From Candidatus Micrarchaeota archaeon (GTDB lineage Archaea > Micrarchaeota > Micrarchaeia > Norongarragalinales > Norongarragalinaceae): a DNA stretch of 15,693 nt. The DNA lies in NCBI GenBank assembly GCA_037444485.1, contig JBBIMI010000021.1, positions 1 through 15,693 on the forward strand, written 5' to 3'. A program made the translations under genes and the position numbers. How positions within the stretch are numbered: position 1 is the first letter of the stretch; each line of letters starts with the position of its first letter. Of the stretch, positions 15,681 to 15,693 are shown piece after piece. The notes under the pieces are model-generated. The model made no database searches and was not told the origin of the DNA. It saw only the letters and a list, made by a program, of their open reading frames with translations.

Positions 15681-15693
15681 ATTCGATTAGAGG

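Overview
Archaeal chromosomal window, probably DPANN and plausibly Micrarchaeota. This taxonomy is inferred from gene content, BRE/TATA-type promoters and non-canonical tRNA introns. Left part: a degenerate flavodoxin-fold gene converges on a minus-strand oapA-oapB-(unknown ORF)-oapC cluster (ArvA/OapA small-GTPase system). That cluster is divergent from a surface Ig-like protein and two small TM plus coiled-coil proteins. A long minus-strand run follows: ATP-dependent DNA ligase, an HTH-tailed hypothetical protein, a PIN-like protein, an NrdG-type radical SAM protein, NucS/EndoMS, an exported S16 (Lon-C-like) protease, two intron-containing tRNAs and a P-type IIA cation ATPase. A divergent single-pass membrane protein with an internal tandem repeat ends the window. 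The clearest non-obvious signals are the two tRNAs: tRNA-Ser(GCT) has a 131-nt intron at 29/30 and a 17-nt intron at 37/38, leaving an 8-nt middle exon, and tRNA-Arg(CCT) has a 42-nt D-loop intron. Almost every spacer also shows short tandem duplications or A-rich tracts, and these extend into protein C-termini and a tRNA intron. I saw no mobile element, CRISPR array or rRNA. No new system can be demonstrated from the sequence alone; the candidates below are hypotheses.
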